Assembly: GCA_035540415.1 (NCBI GenBank)
Contig: DATLGR010000027.1
Coordinates: 1-32,409, forward strand
Direction of reading: 5' to 3'
DNA length: 32,409 nucleotides
Origin: Burkholderiales bacterium
GTDB taxonomy: Bacteria; Pseudomonadota; Gammaproteobacteria; Burkholderiales; SG8-39
Below, in pieces: positions 1-12,351 of the stretch. Each line of letters starts with the position of its first letter. The stretch's first letter is position 1. The notes beneath the pieces are model-generated. The model did not search any database and was not told the DNA's origin. It worked only from the letters and a program-made list of their open reading frames with translations. The translations under genes and the position numbers were made by a program.

Positions 1-585
1 CGCGGGAATCTCGCCATCGATGTCGCCGCGGCCGGCAAGTCGGTCAATGCAATGAAGGCGGCGCTCGGCGGCACCGCCAGGCTGGAGCTGCGCGACGGGG
101 CCGTCAAGGGCGTCGACATCGGCGCGGCGCTGCGCCGGGCGCGCACGCTGCTCGGCTCGCAGGCGGCGCCGGCGGCGGGGGCTCGCGAGCAGACGGAGTT
201 CTCCGAGCTCTCGGCGAGCTTCCAGATCAAGAATGGCGTGGCGCGCAACGACGACCTCGACCTGAAGGCGCCGCTCTTTCGCGTCGCGGGGGCGGGCAGC
301 ATCGACCTCGCCCGATCGACCATCGACTACGTGGCGAAGGCCTCGGTCGTGGCCACGACCGAGGGGCAGGCCGGGCGCGAGCGCGACCAGCTCGCGGGAA
401 TCACGCTGCCGGTGCGCGTGTCGGGGCCGCTGGACGCGATGAAATACGACGTCGATTTCCGCGCGGTGGCGCAGGACGCGGCCAAGACGCGCGTCGGCGA
501 ACGGGTGAAGGAGGAGGTCGAGCAGCGTCGCGAGAAGCTGGAGGACCAGGTCCGCGACCGGCTGAAGGGGCTCATCCGGCGCTAG
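1..585 (+). CDS. AsmA-family outer-membrane assembly protein, C-terminal fragment (5' end lies outside the window)
   Basis: The frame is open from base 1, and the track ORF 52-585 is in that frame. The C-terminal text (LELRDGAVKGVDIGAALRRA..., FSELSASFQIKNGVARNDDLDLKAPLFRVAGAGSIDL) resembles the conserved AsmA C-terminal region. Called from memory of the family, not from a search. Confidence 0.6.
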   Translation, partial: RGNLAIDVAAAGKSVNAMKAALGGTARLELRDGAVKGVDIGAALRRARTLLGSQAAPAAGAREQTEFSELSASFQIKNGVARNDDLDLKAPLFRVAGAGSIDLARSTIDYVAKASVVATTEGQAGRERDQLAGITLPVRVSGPLDAMKYDVDFRAVAQDAAKTRVGERVKEEVEQRREKLEDQVRDRLKGLIRR

Positions 586-1484
586 GACGCGCGGGCGATC
601 GCGGCGAGGGCGGCGATCCATTCCGGCGCCTCGTTGAGGCAGGGAAGCGCGTGGAACTCGCGTCCGCCGGCTTCGAGGAAGCGTTCGCGGGCCGCAATGC
701 CGATCTCCTCGAGCGTCTCGAGGCAGTCGGCCACGAAGCCGGGGCAGATCACATCGACGCGGGAGGCGCCGCTCCTTGCCAGCGCCACGAGCGTGGGCTC
801 GGTATAGGGCTGCAGCCACCGGGCATAGCCGAAGCGGGACTGGAAGGTCGCCTTCCATTCGCCCGGGGCGAGCGCAAGCTGCGCCGCGAGCCGCTCGGCG
901 CTGGCGTGGCATTGCCGCTCGTACTCTTCGGCGCCGCGCTGCGGCAGCCCGTGGAAGCTCATGACGAGCATCGGGCTGCGCCCGTGACGCTGCCAGTGCC
1001 TTCGCACGCCGACGGCCAGGGCCGCGATGTAGCCGGGATGATCATGGAAATCGCGCACCATGCGCAGGCCGGGCGGCAGCCGGTCGGCGACGCTCGCGGT
1101 CGTGCTTTCGGCGTACTGCGGGTAGAGCGGCACGACGGTGATGTCGCGATCGGCGAAGCGCCGCAAGGCGCTCTCGATCGAGGGCTCTCCGTAGCGCATC
1201 GCATACTCGACCTGCACCTTCGGCAGCTGCGCGCGCAGCGCGCCCGCCTGCCTGGCGGTGTGCACCGCGAGCGGCGAGCCCTCCGGCATCCACACCTGCG
1301 CGTACTTCTGCGCCGACTGCGCCGGCCGGCGGCGCAGCACGATGCCGTACAGGATCGGCAGCCACAGCAGGCGGGGCAGCTTCACCACCCGCGGGTCGGA
1401 CAGGAACTCGGCGAGATAGGCACGCACCGCCGGCGCCGTCGGCGCCGACGGCGTGCCCAGGTTGACCAGGAGAACGCCCTTCAA
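582..1484 (-). CDS. hemH: Ferrochelatase
   Basis: 300 aa. N-terminus VLLVNLGTPSAPTAPAVRAYLAEFLSDPRVV, then MRYGEPSI, PLYPQY, SFHGLP, FQSRFG..WLQPYT and CPGFVADCLETLEEI, all ferrochelatase signatures. It sits 5 nt downstream of hrcA on the same strand. Confidence 0.9.
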   Translation of the reverse strand: MKGVLLVNLGTPSAPTAPAVRAYLAEFLSDPRVVKLPRLLWLPILYGIVLRRRPAQSAQKYAQVWMPEGSPLAVHTARQAGALRAQLPKVQVEYAMRYGEPSIESALRRFADRDITVVPLYPQYAESTTASVADRLPPGLRMVRDFHDHPGYIAALAVGVRRHWQRHGRSPMLVMSFHGLPQRGAEEYERQCHASAERLAAQLALAPGEWKATFQSRFGYARWLQPYTEPTLVALARSGASRVDVICPGFVADCLETLEEIGIAARERFLEAGGREFHALPCLNEAPEWIAALAAIARAS

Positions 1485-1489
1485 GAAGA

Positions 1490-2506
1490 CTACTTGGAGA
1501 GCGCGCTGGAGAGGAGCTTGGCGGTGACGTCCACGATCGGAATGACCCGGTCGTAGGCCATGCGCGTCGGTCCGATCACGCCGACGGTGCCGACCACCTC
1601 GCCGTCGACGCGGTAGGGCGAGGTCACCACGCTCACGTCGTCGGGGGCGCTCACGCCGGACTCCCCGCCGATGAAGATCTGCACCCCCTGGCCGCGGAGC
1701 GACAGGTCCAGGATCTGCAGCAGCGAGCTCTTGCGCTCGAACAGCTCGAAGAGCTGGCGCAGCCGGCTGACGTCCTGCGCGAGCTCCTGCACCGACAGCA
1801 GGTTGCGCTCGCCGGAGATGACGTATTGCTCGGCGCCTTCGGCCAGGGCGCGATTGCCGGCCTCGAGCGCCGCGGTGAGCAGGCGGATCATGTCCTGCTT
1901 GATCTCGCGCAGCTCGCCCTGCAGGTGCGCGCGCACGTCCTCGAAGCTCTGCCCGGCGTAGTTCTGGTTCATGAAGTTGGCCGCCTCGACGAGCTCCGAG
2001 GGGTTGAACTCCCGCTCGGTGACCAGGATGCGGTTCTGCACGTCGCCTTCGGGCGTGACCACGATGAGCAGGATCCGCTTCTCGGACAGGCGCAGGAACT
2101 CCAGGTGCCGGAACGTGACCGCGCGCCGCCGCGGCGTCATGACCACGCCGGCGAATTGGGTCAATTGCGAGAGCAGCTGCGAGGCCGCGGTGACCACGCG
2201 CTGCGGGTTGTCGGGGTGCAGCTCGGCCTCGAGCTGCTGCAGCTCCCCGGTGTCGAGGCTCTTCACCACCAGCAGCGTGTCGACGAAGAAGCGGTAGCCG
2301 AGCGGCGTGGGAACGCGGCCGGCGGAGGTGTGCGGGCTCGCGATGAAGCCCATGTCCTCCAGGTCCGACATCACGTTGCGGATCGTGGCGGGCGAAAGGT
2401 CGAGCCCGGAGTACTTGGACAGGGTGCGCGAGCCGATCGGCTGTCCCTCGGCAATGTAGCGCTCGATCAACGTCTTGAGCAGGATCTGGGCGCGCTTGTC
2501 GAGCAT
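1490..2506 (-). CDS. hrcA: Heat-inducible transcription repressor HrcA
   Basis: The track ORF 1490-2665 is trimmed to the internal ATG at 2506 ([55 protein letters not shown]), the canonical HrcA N-terminal wHTH. The upstream 53 codons are Arg/Ser-rich and overlap nadK. Confidence 0.88.
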   Translation of the reverse strand: MLDKRAQILLKTLIERYIAEGQPIGSRTLSKYSGLDLSPATIRNVMSDLEDMGFIASPHTSAGRVPTPLGYRFFVDTLLVVKSLDTGELQQLEAELHPDNPQRVVTAASQLLSQLTQFAGVVMTPRRRAVTFRHLEFLRLSEKRILLIVVTPEGDVQNRILVTEREFNPSELVEAANFMNQNYAGQSFEDVRAHLQGELREIKQDMIRLLTAALEAGNRALAEGAEQYVISGERNLLSVQELAQDVSRLRQLFELFERKSSLLQILDLSLRGQGVQIFIGGESGVSAPDDVSVVTSPYRVDGEVVGTVGVIGPTRMAYDRVIPIVDVTAKLLSSALSK

Positions 2507-2528
2507 CGAATCATTGTACACTCCGAGC

Positions 2529-3410
2529 ATGGCACCGGCGTTCCGGCGCGTTGCTCTGATCGGCAAGCTGGGCAGCGCCGAGATCGCCGCCTCGCTGCAC
2601 GAACTGCGCGAGCTGCTTCGGCGCCGCGGCTGCGAGGTGCTCCTCGAGCGCGAGACCGCCGCCACGCTGCAGTCCGGCGGCGAGCCCTACGAGACGCTCG
2701 GCGCGCATGCCGACCTCGCGGTGGTGGTGGGCGGCGACGGCACCATGCTCGCCGCCGCCCGCAACCTCGTGCGCCACCAGGTCCCGCTCGTCGGCGTGAA
2801 CCAGGGCCGCGTCGGCTTCATGACCGACATCGGGCACCGCGACATGGGGCGCGGCATCGGCGGCATCCTCGACGGACACTACACGCTCGAGGAGCGCGCG
2901 CTGCTCGACGCCGAGATCGTGCGCGGCGGGGAAACCGTGCTGCGGACGCTGGCGCTCAACGAGGCGGTGCTCGGCAAGGGGGCGCAGGGGCGGCTGATCG
3001 AGTTCAGCCTGTCGCTCGACGGCGATTTCGTCTATACCCTGCGCGCCGACGGCATGATCGTCGCCACGCCCACCGGCTCCACGGCCTATGCGCTGTCGGC
3101 GCAGGGGCCGATCCTGCATCCGGCCGTGCCCGCGTTCGCCCTGGTGCCGCTCAACCCGCACACGCTCTCGGCGCGGCCGGTGAGCGTCAGCGATCGCAGC
3201 ACCATCGAGATCGTGCTTGAGCGCGCCATCGACGCGCGCGCGCACTTCGATGGCTTCGGCCTCACCGACATGGCCGAAGGCGACCGGCTGCTCCTCAAGC
3301 GCTCCGCGGACACGGTGCGCTTCGTGCATCCGCCCGGCTACCGCTTCTTCGCCACCCTGCGCGAGAAGCTGCGCTGGAGCGAGCTGGTGGACAAGAGCCG
3401 CGAAGCCTAG
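2529..3410 (+). CDS. nadK: NAD(+) kinase
   Basis: Trimmed to ATG 2529 ([13 protein letters not shown]...). It carries the GGDGT motif ([13 protein letters not shown]), NEAVL and [17 protein letters not shown], all typical of NadK/PpnK. At 293 aa the length is typical. Confidence 0.9.
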   Translation: MAPAFRRVALIGKLGSAEIAASLHELRELLRRRGCEVLLERETAATLQSGGEPYETLGAHADLAVVVGGDGTMLAAARNLVRHQVPLVGVNQGRVGFMTDIGHRDMGRGIGGILDGHYTLEERALLDAEIVRGGETVLRTLALNEAVLGKGAQGRLIEFSLSLDGDFVYTLRADGMIVATPTGSTAYALSAQGPILHPAVPAFALVPLNPHTLSARPVSVSDRSTIEIVLERAIDARAHFDGFGLTDMAEGDRLLLKRSADTVRFVHPPGYRFFATLREKLRWSELVDKSREA

Positions 3411-3412
3411 CC

Positions 3413-5053
3413 GTGCTGCGGGTGCTCGAAATCCGCGATTTCGTCATCGTGCGCAGCGCCAGCCTCGAGCTCGACGCCGGGTTCACCGCGCTCACCGGCG
3501 AGACCGGCGCGGGCAAGTCCATCCTCGTCGACGCCCTCGAGCTCCTGGTGGGGGCGCGCGCCGAGGCGGCCGTGGTGCGCGAGGGCGCCGAGCGCGCCGA
3601 GCTCTCGGCGCTGTTCGACGCGGACCTGTCCGCCTGGCTCGCCGAGCGCGAGCTGCAGGGCGACCCGGGGCAGGTGGTGCTGCGGCGCACGCTCGACCGC
3701 TCCGGGCGCTCGCGCTGCTTCATCAACGGCCATGCCGCCACCCTCGCGCAGCTGCGCGAGGCGGGCGAGCTGCTCGTCGACATCCACGGGCAGCATGCGC
3801 ACCAGTCGCTGCTGCGCGCGCCGGCGCAGCGGGCGCTGCTCGACGCCCACGCCGGCGCCGAGGCCGTGGCGCGGCAGGTTGCGGACGCGCACCGCGACTG
3901 GAAGCGCCTGGAGCGCCTCGCGCTCGAGGCGCAGCGCGACTTCGCCGCGCGCGAAGCCGAGCGCGGCGTGCTCGCCGAGCAGGCGCGCGCGCTGCGCGCG
4001 CTCGGCCCGAAGGCGGGGGAATGGGAAGCGCTGGCGGTCGAGCACGAGCGGCTCGCGCACGGCTCGAGCCTGCTGGCCGGCGCGCAGTCCTCGCTCGAGG
4101 CGCTCGCCGAGGCCGACGGCGCGGCGCTGTCGCAGCTCTCGGCCGTGGCGGGCCGCCTGCGCGCGCTTTCGCAGCACGACGCGCGCCTCGCCGGCATTGC
4201 CGATCTGCTCGACTCGGCGCATGCGCAGGCGTCGGAGGCGGCCCGCGAGCTGCGCCACTACTCCTCGCGCGTGGAGCTCGATCCGCAGGCGCTGCGCGAC
4301 GCCGAAGCGCGCATCGAGGCCCTGCACGCCGCGGCGCGGCGCGAGCGCGTGCGGCCCGAGGCGCTGCCGCAGCGCCTGGCGGAGGTCGAGGCGCGGCTCG
4401 CGGAGCTCGCGCTGGCGGTGGATCCGCAGGCGCTGCAGCGCGAGGTCGCGGCGGCGCGCGAGCGCTTCGCCGCGGCCGCGGCAACCCTTTCCGCCCGGCG
4501 CGCCGCGGCGGCGCAGGCCCTGTCCAAGGCGGTCACCGCGGCGATGCAGCGGCTCGCCATGGCCGCCGCGCGCTTCTCGGTGGCGCTGCGCCCCGCGGAG
4601 GAGCCGGGCGCCGCCGGCGCGGAGGAGGTCGAGTTCGAGGTCGCTTCGCACGCGGGCCTGCCGCTAAGGCCGCTCGCCAAGGTGGCCTCCGGCGGCGAGC
4701 TCTCGCGCGTCAGCCTCGCGATCCAGCTCGTGGCGGCGAAGGCCTCGCCGGTGAGCACGCTCGTGTTCGACGAGGTGGATGCGGGGATCGGCGGCGCGGT
4801 CGCCGAGACGATCGGGCGCGCGCTGCGCCGGCTCGGCGCCGAGCGCCAGGTGCTGTGCGTGACGCACCTGCCGCAGGTCGCGGCCGCGGCGCATGCGCAA
4901 TGGTCGGTGGTCAAGTCCGCCGCGCGCGGCAAGGTGACGGTGCAGGCCGAGCGCCTGACGCGCGCCCAGCGCATCGAGGAGCTGGCGCGCATGCTGGGCG
5001 GCTCCGAGAGCACTGCGCGCCGCCACGCCGCCGAGCTGCTCGACGCGGGCTAG
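3413..5053 (+). CDS. recN: DNA repair protein RecN
   Basis: GTG start 2 nt after the nadK stop. N-terminal Walker A ([16 protein letters not shown]), a long Ala/Leu/Arg coiled-coil middle, and a C-terminal SMC signature plus Walker B ([13 protein letters not shown]..., [12 protein letters not shown]). Confidence 0.93.
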   Translation: MLRVLEIRDFVIVRSASLELDAGFTALTGETGAGKSILVDALELLVGARAEAAVVREGAERAELSALFDADLSAWLAERELQGDPGQVVLRRTLDRSGRSRCFINGHAATLAQLREAGELLVDIHGQHAHQSLLRAPAQRALLDAHAGAEAVARQVADAHRDWKRLERLALEAQRDFAAREAERGVLAEQARALRALGPKAGEWEALAVEHERLAHGSSLLAGAQSSLEALAEADGAALSQLSAVAGRLRALSQHDARLAGIADLLDSAHAQASEAARELRHYSSRVELDPQALRDAEARIEALHAAARRERVRPEALPQRLAEVEARLAELALAVDPQALQREVAAARERFAAAAATLSARRAAAAQALSKAVTAAMQRLAMAAARFSVALRPAEEPGAAGAEEVEFEVASHAGLPLRPLAKVASGGELSRVSLAIQLVAAKASPVSTLVFDEVDAGIGGAVAETIGRALRRLGAERQVLCVTHLPQVAAAAHAQWSVVKSAARGKVTVQAERLTRAQRIEELARMLGGSESTARRHAAELLDAG

Positions 5054-5475
5054 GGGCGGTGAGGGCAGTTCTTCTTGACGCAGTCGGCGTACAGCGCGAG
5101 CGAGTGCCCGTGCAGCTCGAAGCCGCGCTGGCGCGCGACGTCGACCTGCCGCTTCTCGATGTCGGCGTCGTAGAACTCCTCGACGCGGCCGCATTGCAGG
5201 CACACGAGGTGGTCGTGGTGCCCGCCCTGGTTGAGCTCGTAGACCGCCTTGCCGGTCTCGAAGTGCTGCCGGCTCAGGAGCCCCGCGTGCTCGAACTGCG
5301 TGAGCACGCGGTAGACGGTGGCCAGTCCGACGTCGATGCCTTCGGCGAGCAGCGCCCGATACACGTCTTCGGCCGAGAGGTGCCGCACCTTGCTCGACTC
5401 GAACAGCTCGAGGATCTTGCGGCGCGGCAGCGTGGCCTTGAGCCCGCTGTCCCTCAGGCTTTGCACTGAGCTCAT
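5050..5475 (-). CDS. fur: Ferric uptake regulator Fur
   Basis: 141 aa. [54 protein letters not shown] and HSLALYADC are classic Fur DNA-binding and metal-site motifs. Confidence 0.93.
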   Translation of the reverse strand: MSSVQSLRDSGLKATLPRRKILELFESSKVRHLSAEDVYRALLAEGIDVGLATVYRVLTQFEHAGLLSRQHFETGKAVYELNQGGHHDHLVCLQCGRVEEFYDADIEKRQVDVARQRGFELHGHSLALYADCVKKNCPHRP

Positions 5476-5488
5476 CGGCTGTCATTAT

Positions 5489-5845
5489 ATGCGCGTGAAA
5501 AGCCAGCACCTGATCGCGCTCGCCTGCGCGGCCGCGGCCGCGCAGGCCTGCACCTACGTGCCGCGCATTCCCGGCGTGACGCCCTACCGGATGGAGATCC
5601 AGCAGGGCAACTTCGTGTCGCAGGACATGATCTCGCAGTTGAAGCCCGGCATGACCAAGGAGCAGGTCCGCTTCGTGCTGGGCACGCCGCTCGTCACCGA
5701 TCTGTTCCATCCCGATCGCTGGGATTACGTGTACTGGCGCGAGACCCCCGACGGCCGGCGCGAGCAGCGCAACCTGGTGGTGCACTTCAGCAGCGGGCAG
5801 CTGGCGCGCATCGACGGCGACGTGGTTCCCTCGGGGGGGCAATGA
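5489..5845 (+). CDS. bamE: Outer-membrane protein assembly factor BamE (SmpA/OmlA)
   Basis: Trimmed to ATG 5489 (MRVKSQHLIALACAAAAAQAC...). It has a signal- or lipobox-like N-terminus, then YRMEIQQGNFVSQDMISQLKPGMTKEQVRFVLGTPLVTDLFHPDRWDYVY, the SmpA/OmlA core. The divergent fur-bamE(omlA) arrangement is common in Betaproteobacteria. Confidence 0.85.
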   Translation: MRVKSQHLIALACAAAAAQACTYVPRIPGVTPYRMEIQQGNFVSQDMISQLKPGMTKEQVRFVLGTPLVTDLFHPDRWDYVYWRETPDGRREQRNLVVHFSSGQLARIDGDVVPSGGQ

Positions 5846-6609
5846 AGGTCGCCGTGGCCGGCGCCGGGGGGCGCATGGGCCGAACCCTGGTGGAGGCGGT
5901 GCTCGCCGACCGCGCCCTGACGCTCGCCGCGGCCTTCGACGTGCCGGGCAGCGCGGCGATCGGCCAGGCCGCCGGGCCCGTCACGATTACGGCCGACGCG
6001 AAGGCGGCCGCGCAGGCGGCCGACGTGGTGATCGACTTCACCCGGCCCGAGGGTACCCTCGCGCACCTCGAGCACGCCCGCGCCATGGTCATCGGGACCA
6101 CCGGCTTTTCGCCCGCGGACCGGTCGGCGATCGAGCGCGCGGCGCAGCGCATCCCGATCGCCATGGCGGCCAACTTCGCGGTCGGGGTCAATGCCGTCTA
6201 CAGGCTCGCCGAGACCGCGGCGCGGATCCTCGGCGACGCCTACGACGTCGAGATCGTCGAGGCGCATCACCGGCACAAGGTCGACGCGCCCTCGGGCACC
6301 GCGCTGGCGCTCGGCGAGGTCGTGGCCAAGGTCTTGAAGCGGGACCTGAAAACCGACGCGGTGTGGGGCCGGCACGGCGACACGGGCGAGCGAGCGCCCA
6401 GGGCCATCGGTTTTCACGCCATCCGGGGCGGCGACATCGTGGGCGAGCACACGGTGATCTTCGCCGGCAGCGGCGAGCGCGTGGAGGTCACGGTCCGCTC
6501 GCAAAGCCGAATGACGTACGCGGCCGGGGCGTTGCGGGCGGCGAAGTTTCTGCGCGGACGCGCCGCCGGCCTCTACGGCATGGCCGACGTCCTCGGCCTG
6601 GGCGTATAA
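5842..6609 (+). CDS. dapB: 4-hydroxy-tetrahydrodipicolinate reductase
   Basis: [14 protein letters not shown] (NAD(P) fold), ViDFT.PEG, GTTGF, [15 protein letters not shown] and the [15 protein letters not shown] motifs. ATGA overlap with bamE. Confidence 0.92.
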   Translation: MKVAVAGAGGRMGRTLVEAVLADRALTLAAAFDVPGSAAIGQAAGPVTITADAKAAAQAADVVIDFTRPEGTLAHLEHARAMVIGTTGFSPADRSAIERAAQRIPIAMAANFAVGVNAVYRLAETAARILGDAYDVEIVEAHHRHKVDAPSGTALALGEVVAKVLKRDLKTDAVWGRHGDTGERAPRAIGFHAIRGGDIVGEHTVIFAGSGERVEVTVRSQSRMTYAAGALRAAKFLRGRAAGLYGMADVLGLGV

Positions 6610-6623
6610 TCCTTCCTCCAACA

Positions 6624-6656
6624 GAGCGGGAGCGGCCGGCGCCTCTCCCGCTTTTC
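6624..6656 (+). terminator. Hairpin plus T-tract downstream of dapB (rho-independent terminator, or possibly a carA leader structure)
   Basis: AGCGGGAG (6625-6632) pairs with CTCCCGCT (6645-6652). An inner GGC/GCC extension adds to the stem, and TTTT follows at 6652-6655. It starts 15 nt after the dapB stop. Confidence 0.5.
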
Positions 6657-6673
6657 GCATCCGCCTCCATTCG

Positions 6674-7796
6674 ATGTCGAGCGCACAAGAAGCCGTCCTG
6701 GTCCTCGCGGACGGCACGGTGTTCCGCGGCCGCAGCGTCGGCGCGCGCGGCGCCGCCGTGGGCGAGGTGGTGTTCAACACCGCGATGTCGGGCTACCAGG
6801 AGATCCTCACCGATCCCTCCTACTGCCGCCAGCTCGTCACGCTCACGTATCCGCACATCGGCAATACCGGGGTGAACGCGGAGGACGCGGAGTCGGGCCG
6901 GATCCACGCCGAAGGCCTCATCGTGCGCGACGTGCCCCGGCGGCACTCGAGCTGGCGTGCCGAGCGCAGCCTCGCCGAGGCCCTCGCCGCGAGCGGGGTG
7001 CCGGCCATCGCCGAGGTGGACACCCGGCGGCTCACGCGGGTGCTGCGCACCGCAGGCGCGCAGGCCGGGTGCCTCATGGCGGGCGAAGCGGACGTCGAGG
7101 CCGCGGCGGCCAAGGCACGCGCCTTCGCAGGCCTCGCGGGCATGGACCTCGCCCGGGTGGTGAGCACGCAGGAGCCCTACGAGTGGACCGAGGGGCTGTG
7201 GGATCCGCGCGCGGGCTATCGGCGCATCGACAGCCCACGCCACCACGTCGTGGCGTACGACTATGGCGTGAAGCGCAACATCCTGCGCATGCTCGCGGCA
7301 CGCGGTGCGCGCGTCACCGTCGTTCCGGCGCAGTCTGCGGCGCGCGAAGTGCTTCGCCTGAAGCCCGACGGCGTGTTCCTGTCCAACGGGCCGGGCGATC
7401 CCGAGCCCTGCGACTACGCCATCGAGGCGATCGGCGAGATCCTGGATGCGACGCGCGTGCCGGTGTTCGGCATCTGCCTCGGCCACCAGCTCCTGGGGCT
7501 CGCCTCGGGCGCGAAGACGCTGAAGATGAAGTTCGGGCATCACGGCGCGAACCACCCGGTGAAGGAGCTCGACACCGGCCGCGTGGCCATTACCAGCCAG
7601 AACCACGGCTTCGCCGTCGACCCGGCCTCGCTCCCCGACCGCATGCGCCCCACCCACGTATCGCTCTTCGACGGCTCCCTCCAGGGGCTTGCGCGCACGG
7701 ACCGTCCGGCGTTCGGATTCCAGGGGCACCCGGAGGCGAGCCCCGGGCCGCACGACATCGGGTATCTCTTCGACCGCTTCGCAAGGCTGATGGACG

Positions 7797-7810
<14 letters not shown>
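6674..7810 (+). CDS. carA: Carbamoyl-phosphate synthase small (glutaminase) subunit
   Basis: [17 protein letters not shown]-terminus, [17 protein letters not shown], and a class-I amidotransferase triad region (GICLGHQLL ... HGANHPV ... QGHPEA). Confidence 0.95.
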
Positions 7811-11015
<3,205 letters not shown>

Positions 11016-11016
11016 C

Positions 11017-11490
11017 ATGCCGAAAACGCCCATGACGAAGCGCGGCGCCGAGCTGCTGCGCGAGGAGCTGCACCGCCTGAAGACGGTCGAGCGGCCGGCC
11101 AACTCGTCGGCCATCGCCGAGGCGCGCGCGCACGGTGACCTCTCCGAGAACGCCGAGTACCACGCGGCGCGCGAGCGCGCCGGCTTCATCGAGGGCCGTA
11201 TCGGCGAGCTGGAGGCGAAGCTCGCCAACGCCCAGGTCATCGACCCCAAGCTGCTCGACGCCGACGGGCGCTGCGTCTTCGGCGCCACGGTCGAGGTGCA
11301 GGACGAAGCCGGCGAGGCCTCGACCTGGCAGATCGTGGGCGAGGACGAGGCCGACATCAAGGAAGGCCGCATCTCGGTGAGCTCGCCCATCGCCCGCGCC
11401 CTCATCGGCAAGGAGGCGGGCGAATCGGTCGAGGTCCAGACCCCCGGCGGGCTCAAGCGCTACGACATCGTCGACGTGCGCTACGAGTAG
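11017..11490 (+). CDS. greA: Transcription elongation factor GreA
   Basis: 157 aa. [32 protein letters not shown], and the C-terminal [21 protein letters not shown]. It starts 1 nt after the carB stop. Confidence 0.95.
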   Translation: MPKTPMTKRGAELLREELHRLKTVERPANSSAIAEARAHGDLSENAEYHAARERAGFIEGRIGELEAKLANAQVIDPKLLDADGRCVFGATVEVQDEAGEASTWQIVGEDEADIKEGRISVSSPIARALIGKEAGESVEVQTPGGLKRYDIVDVRYE

Positions 11491-11538
11491 CGGGAATTTC
11501 CGCGCCTCCCCGCTGTTCACCGCCCTGGGAGGCTGCTC

Positions 11539-11916
11539 ATGAACCGAATCGCGTCATGCCTCGTCGCGCTGGCCCTTGCCGGCTGCGCCACCGTCGACCG
11601 CCCCGAAGGCAACATCGCGGGCTACTGCACCCCGGACAACGCCGTGCGCCTGGGCAGCCAGGGGCGTGCCTACCTGGGCGGCTGCCCGCGGGACGCCGAG
11701 GGCGCCTTCCTCGCCGGCCTGCAGCGGGGGCGCGCCCTGCAGCCGGTCCCGGCGCAGGCCTGGCCCTACCTGGCCCGCATGGAAGCGCTCGAGCGCCAGC
11801 TGGTCGGCGCGGCCTCCGAGGCGGAGCGCGAGACGCTGCGCGAGCGCCTGCGCGAAGCCGAGTTCTGGGCCATTCTGCTGCTCAACACGCCGGGAACCGC
11901 CGAGGGGATGTCTTGA
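11539..11916 (+). CDS. Small lipoprotein of unknown function, paralog 1 of 3
   Basis: Signal peptide with a canonical lipobox (LALAGC). GGGAGG lies 8 nt upstream of the ATG. The mature part shares YC.P.NA.RLGS.GRAY.GGCP...FL.GL.RGRAL...PY..R...SE.ERE.LR.RLRE.E.WAI.L.N.PG with the next two ORFs. Confidence 0.7.
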   Translation: MNRIASCLVALALAGCATVDRPEGNIAGYCTPDNAVRLGSQGRAYLGGCPRDAEGAFLAGLQRGRALQPVPAQAWPYLARMEALERQLVGAASEAERETLRERLREAEFWAILLLNTPGTAEGMS

Positions 11917-12299
11917 GGCGCTCGGCGCCTGCCGCAGCTGTCATCGGCGTCAGCCTGCTGCTCGGCGGTTGTGCGGGAATCGCGAGGTCCCCCGGAGACG
12001 TGGCCGCCTATTGCGCCCCCGACAACGCGGTGCGCCTTGGCAGCGAAGGCCGCGCCTACCTGGGCGGCTGTCCGCCCGAGCGCGAGAGCGCCTTCCTCGC
12101 GGGCCTCGAGCGGGGGCGGGCGCTGCGCCTGCCGCCGCCGCAGGCGCAGCCTTACCTCGAACGCATCGCCGAGAACGAGCGGCTGCTCGTGGCCGCCGCA
12201 TCCGAGGCGGAGCGCGAGCCGCTGCGCCAGCGGTTGCGCGAAGCCGAGTGGTGGGCGATCCACCTGCTCAATGCGCCCGGCTCCTACAACATCGATTAG
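11913..12299 (+). CDS. Small lipoprotein of unknown function, paralog 2 of 3
   Basis: This is the C-terminal part of track ORF 11556-12299. The only plausible start is TTG 11913, which overlaps the TGA of paralog 1 (tTTGA) and has GAGGGGA 4 nt upstream. It gives (M)RRSAPAAAVIGVSLLLGGC, a lipobox signal peptide. About 70% identical to paralog 1 by my hand alignment. Confidence 0.65.
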   Translation: MRRSAPAAAVIGVSLLLGGCAGIARSPGDVAAYCAPDNAVRLGSEGRAYLGGCPPERESAFLAGLERGRALRLPPPQAQPYLERIAENERLLVAAASEAEREPLRQRLREAEWWAIHLLNAPGSYNID

Positions 12300-12310
12300 A
12301 AACAGCACAG

Positions 12311-12345
12311 CCGCGCGGGGAACTTTCCCCGCGCGGTCTTGTTTC
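12311..12345 (+). terminator. Rho-independent terminator-like hairpin after lipoprotein paralog 2
   Basis: CCGCGCGGGGAA (12311-12322) is the perfect complement of TTCCCCGCGCGG (12325-12336). TCTTGTTTC follows. The upstream flank (AGAAACAGCACAG) gives a weaker T-rich tail on the other strand. Confidence 0.6.
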
Positions 12346-12351
12346 AGCCTC

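Noticed and set aside
2507-2528. Looked for a CIRCE operator (TTAGCACTC-N9-GAGTGCTAA) near hrcA
   Set aside because: I saw no match to either half-site in the 22-nt spacer or the adjacent sequence. CIRCE normally sits upstream of groESL or dnaK, which are not in this window.
3217-5469. 750-aa plus-strand ORF (Arg/Ala/Gly-rich) spanning the nadK 3' end, recN and antisense fur
   Set aside because: It is out of frame with the clearly genuine recN, its composition is typical of off-frame GC-rich translation, and it has no motifs.
5478-5492. Fur-box-like GTCATTATA between fur and bamE
   Set aside because: It is only a 7/9 match to one arm of the 19-bp Fur box (ATCATTATC), with no second arm. That is too weak to call.
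11490-11531. Possible terminator after greA (GCGG...CCGC at 11490-11503 and CCTCCC...GGGAGG at 11505-11531)
   Set aside because: The stems are only 4 and 6 bp, with a 16-nt loop in the second and no T-tract. GGGAGG is better explained as the Shine-Dalgarno sequence of lipoprotein paralog 1. greA and paralogs 1-2 are probably co-transcribed.
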